DNA of 64,000 nucleotides from the NCBI GenBank assembly GCA_965263035.1, contig OZ253580.1:1888001-1952000 (forward strand). The letters run 5' to 3'. The translations under genes were made by a program, and so were the position numbers. Below the pieces are notes generated by a model. That model was not told the origin of the DNA. It saw nothing but the letters and a program-made list of their open reading frames with translations, and did not search any database. Numbering within the stretch: position 1 is the stretch's first letter; the number at the start of each line of letters is the position of its first letter. This DNA is from Acidobacteriota bacterium. Its GTDB lineage: Bacteria > Acidobacteriota > UBA6911 > RPQK01 > JAJDTT01. This document shows positions 60,952-64,000 of this stretch, one piece after another.

Positions 60952-62087
60952 CAGCCTGGAAGGTGAGCGTCCAGGTATCGCCGAACGTGTGAAATCAGAA
61001 ACAGGTGATCAGTGCAGTACACCGAAGGGTTGTCGAAACCCCGTTCGTCGCTCCAACGGTATAGCGGCATCCCTCCGCCACAAACCGAAAGTTCTGGGCA
61101 ATGTAGGCACTGCCTGGCGGTAGGCTGCTGCATCTCGGCATGCTCTCGAAAGGCGGCTGTCCGCGCGATTTCCTGCAATGAATGAGAATGGACTGACCAC
61201 GGTTCATTGTACCGATCTGCGCCGTCGGATGTACTCTTGAGCGTGTCGTTCTTCGTGACAGTCCCATCGGTATCGATTATAAGGATCGCGTGCAAATCTT
61301 GTCCCATCCCCTCCTTCGTTGCCGATCCTCCGAGCAAAAGTTTCACCAAATCATCCAGCACGCGGATCGGTACCGGATCGGGGTCACTCATGTAGACATC
61401 GAAAAGGCCCGCGAGCCATGCCCCTGCCTTGTGCGAATCGAATCCAGTCTTTCCCGGCGGCAGCCGCGAGTGGTTCCCGTCGGGCAAAAGAAAGCTCATC
61501 CCGGGTACACCGAGCCCTCGCAGGAACCAGTAGACTTCGCTGGGATCGCTCGACGGTTCGACGACGCTCAGCGTGCCCGAAAACAACTGTTCGACGGCCG
61601 GGTGCCGTTGCAAGCGACGAATGCCGTCGAGCGTGACCTCGAAGGTCCCTCGCTGATCGAATCGCACGCGGCGAGAATCGTTGATCTTCGCCGGTCCGTC
61701 GAGGCTCACCGAAACCGTGGCGCCGCTGTCCGCAAGAATGTCCAGCCGCCGGTCACTGAGGAGTGTCCCGTTCGTCTGCACCGACAGGGTGCACCCCACG
61801 GGAAGGCAGGTTCGGAGCCCCGTCAGCAACCGTGTCAGCAGTGCTTCTCCTAGCAGCAGTGGCTCGCCGCCGTGAAGTACGACGGCAAAGTCGCGATCTT
61901 GCGCCTGCCGCAATTCGTCGAGACGACGGACTATCGCATCGATCGTCGACTTTGACATGGCGGGCGGCTGACGTCGCCACCCTTGGTCACCCAGCTGGTA
62001 AACGTAACAATAACTGCACGCGATGTTGCAGCGGCTGGCCGTCTTCAGCAGGACGGTGTCGATGGAGACAGTTTTGCCGCCCGACAT
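60951..62087 (-). CDS. yhhB: Cyclophane-forming radical SAM/SPASM maturase, YhhB-like
   Basis: CNIACSYC, HGGEPLL, QTNG, SLDGP; C-terminal CxxC-x5-CGGG...PSVYC. Confidence 0.82.
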   Translation of the reverse strand: MSGGKTVSIDTVLLKTASRCNIACSYCYVYQLGDQGWRRQPPAMSKSTIDAIVRRLDELRQAQDRDFAVVLHGGEPLLLGEALLTRLLTGLRTCLPVGCTLSVQTNGTLLSDRRLDILADSGATVSVSLDGPAKINDSRRVRFDQRGTFEVTLDGIRRLQRHPAVEQLFSGTLSVVEPSSDPSEVYWFLRGLGVPGMSFLLPDGNHSRLPPGKTGFDSHKAGAWLAGLFDVYMSDPDPVPIRVLDDLVKLLLGGSATKEGMGQDLHAILIIDTDGTVTKNDTLKSTSDGADRYNEPWSVHSHSLQEIARTAAFREHAEMQQPTARQCLHCPELSVCGGGMPLYRWSDERGFDNPSVYCTDHLFLISHVRRYLDAHLPG

Positions 62088-62097
62088 GGCGTCCCGT

Positions 62098-62322
62098 TCA
62101 TCGATTGTGCCGGTTGTGCACGCGGTCGTATAGGGTTGTGAATGAGGACTCTGCCGTCGCTTCCATGCGCACCTCCTCCACGAGTCGACGAAGCGCTGGG
62201 CTCAACTCGGCGCCGGCGGGAATATCAAGTCGGCCCTCAACGAGGGCATTCTCCAAAGATCTCGAGGTAGTCAACGACTCTTGCATCTTCATGGCTGCGC
62301 TCCATGCATTTTTTGATGTCAT
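62098..62322 (-). CDS. yhhA: Triceptide RiPP precursor, YhhA-like (core ...YDRVHNRHNR)
   Basis: Leader SPALRRLVEEVR; C-terminal Y-x-R, H-x-R, H-x-R; 10 bp upstream of the rSAM gene; true start may be a later Met. Confidence 0.82.
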   Translation of the reverse strand: MTSKNAWSAAMKMQESLTTSRSLENALVEGRLDIPAGAELSPALRRLVEEVRMEATAESSFTTLYDRVHNRHNR

Positions 62323-62461
62323 ATGTTGGACAAGCTTCTACTCTACCACCAAATCAACCGATGATCCATCATGACCGCCCGTAAATCATTGAAAAAAAAG
62401 ATCGATTATCTATAAAGTGTGTCCTAAGTTACTTACAATAAACGATTGCTATTTTCCATTA

Positions 62462-63214
62462 TCACTTTTCTACGTCGATGGCACTCAGATAGACGCGGGC
62501 CATGGCACTGTAAGGGGCTTCGCATCGTGCGAACGAGTCCACCGTGCAGCGCACGTTGTGACTGAGAGTTTCACACGTGTTTGGGTCTCGCACGACGGCG
62601 CACAGACACTCCAAGATACTAAGTGTGCGCTGCCGCTGCTCCTGCAATATTGGCCGATTCAACTTGAGCAAGGTAACGGTCACGCGACCCCTTTCCGTTC
62701 TCGGCTGGCAGGCGGACCCGAAGAAAGTGATATGTTCGCCCGAATCCGTATCGACATAGGGATTCAAGAGCAATGGCGACTCCCTGTTGAGAGGCGCAAG
62801 GTGATTTCGGGCTCGTTGTTCCGGATCCTTGAGCGGAAAGTAATCGGATTTCATCCGGTTGCAATCTTCGCACGCAAAAACGAGGTTGTCCCACCGGTAA
62901 GCCAGCCAATAGTAGCCTGGATAGATCTTATCGCCCGCCTTGTGCTGGCGAACCCTGCCCTTCGGGCGGAAATGATCGATCCGGCCTGGAGAAGTCTTCG
63001 ACTCGCAGTAGCAGCACTTATTGTGCTGGAGTCTATTGAGAACTTCTCTGACTTGGGGGGATCCGTAGATGTGATTGGAAAACGTAAATTTCAGTTCGCC
63101 AGAATCATACGCAGCCGGATCCTCAACGTACGCCTCGCAGTTTTGTTGGGTCTTGGCATTTCCGCGATTCAGAAGTACCCGAGGAGTTTCGTTCGGCTTG
63201 TCCCGACGAATCAC
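62462..63214 (-). CDS. HNH endonuclease (PtuB / retron-effector-like)
   Basis: KCCYCE, IDHFRPK, YYWLAYRWDNL..ACEDCN..K, LLNPY and LKLNR. Confidence 0.82.
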   Translation of the reverse strand: MIRRDKPNETPRVLLNRGNAKTQQNCEAYVEDPAAYDSGELKFTFSNHIYGSPQVREVLNRLQHNKCCYCESKTSPGRIDHFRPKGRVRQHKAGDKIYPGYYWLAYRWDNLVFACEDCNRMKSDYFPLKDPEQRARNHLAPLNRESPLLLNPYVDTDSGEHITFFGSACQPRTERGRVTVTLLKLNRPILQEQRQRTLSILECLCAVVRDPNTCETLSHNVRCTVDSFARCEAPYSAMARVYLSAIDVEK

Positions 63215-64000
63215 TTCCGGTCCACTTGCCTCGCCCGAATGCCCGCCGCCGCCTGCCGAATGATTTTCATTGCTTCTAGGTCCTCGGGACGCTCCATCAT
63301 AGGCAGTGAAGACACCTCGGCGGCAATATCCCGCAGGCGTGCGCTTTCTTGCGGGGTAATGGAATTCTCCTCAAGCAGCTTCTCCCTTTCCTTCATGAGA
63401 GCCTCGACTCGTAGCGATCGCGCGGTCTCCAGGCCGAAGAGACTGACCAGAATCTGGTCAAAGCGCCACCCCTCGACGACCTCTGGTTCGTTTTCGATGA
63501 CAACGTGAGCGCCAGCCTCCGTCTGTCTGAGCACAGCTACATTTACATCGCTCATGGAGGTGATCATCAGCGGACTATGAGTAGTCGCTACGAACTGAAC
63601 GTTCGTGAAGTGATCAGAGAGCTGCTTCATGATTGTGCGCTGCCAGCGTGGATGAACGTGCAGGTCGATCTCATCAATCAACACCACGGCCGGCTCCTCA
63701 AGCGGCTTCGCGCTTTCTGGGTACCGCTTGACGAGTCTCCAGGCCAAATCAACGATCCACGCGGTGACCGTGCGGTGGCCGAGACTCAGGCCACCCAGCG
63801 GGACATCCCCGTACCGGGTTCGAAATCTGAGCCTACCGCCATGTTCCTGCGGGTCCCGGATATCGATGTCGCTGGCTGCATCGATGAAAGGAAGAATATC
63901 GACCAACGCGCATTTCATACTATCCAGACGGGCTTTCGACTTCGCGTTGCCCTTATGAGCCGAGTAGTCGAGCTGTGACAACACATCGGCGGCATCGATA
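63211..64000 (-). CDS. ABC/AAA-type ATPase (PtuA-like), 5' part outside the window
   Basis: LSLG signature, VLIDEIDLHVHPRWQ and QFVATTHSPL; 4-bp overlap with the HNH gene. Confidence 0.82.
   Translation of the reverse strand, partial: IDAADVLSQLDYSAHKGNAKSKARLDSMKCALVDILPFIDAASDIDIRDPQEHGGRLRFRTRYGDVPLGGLSLGHRTVTAWIVDLAWRLVKRYPESAKPLEEPAVVLIDEIDLHVHPRWQRTIMKQLSDHFTNVQFVATTHSPLMITSMSDVNVAVLRQTEAGAHVVIENEPEVVEGWRFDQILVSLFGLETARSLRVEALMKEREKLLEENSITPQESARLRDIAAEVSSLPMMERPEDLEAMKIIRQAAAGIRARQVDRK

Noticed and set aside
62330-62460. Retron msr-msd next to the ATPase/HNH pair
   Set aside because: No reverse transcriptase in the window and no a1/a2 inverted repeats; it looks like AT-rich promoter DNA.

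Overview
High-GC bacterial DNA. The gene content (GWxTD protein, CRTAC1/TPR/TonB clusters, DUF1501 plus PSD1 cytochrome, several PhyH and SDR genes) suggests Acidobacteriota, possibly host-associated; this is an inference. Positions 1-55.2 kb are mostly transport and catabolism genes: two tandem cobalamin-riboswitch operons, a TonB/TPR/CRTAC1/sialidase cluster and a sugar ABC transporter, with five copies of a ~159-bp CTAG-targeting MITE. Positions 55.2-64 kb are an accessory island, divided by five same-orientation GTAG-hairpin (REP-like) repeats into cargo units: a GNAT, a frameshifted P450, an orphan fragment, a DUF983-like gene, and a YhhA/B/C + HExxH triceptide RiPP cluster next to an ATPase + HNH (PtuAB/Septu-like) pair. 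The most unusual feature is a 1244-bp element (58003-59246) carrying only an apparently intact TnpB. It has 22-bp terminal inverted repeats and a perfect 8-bp target duplication, which are IS1595-type DDE ends rather than IS200/IS605 or IS607 ends, and its probable omegaRNA runs into the TIR. A related TIR at 71-89 truncates a sulP gene. All family names come from motif recognition; no database searches were run.
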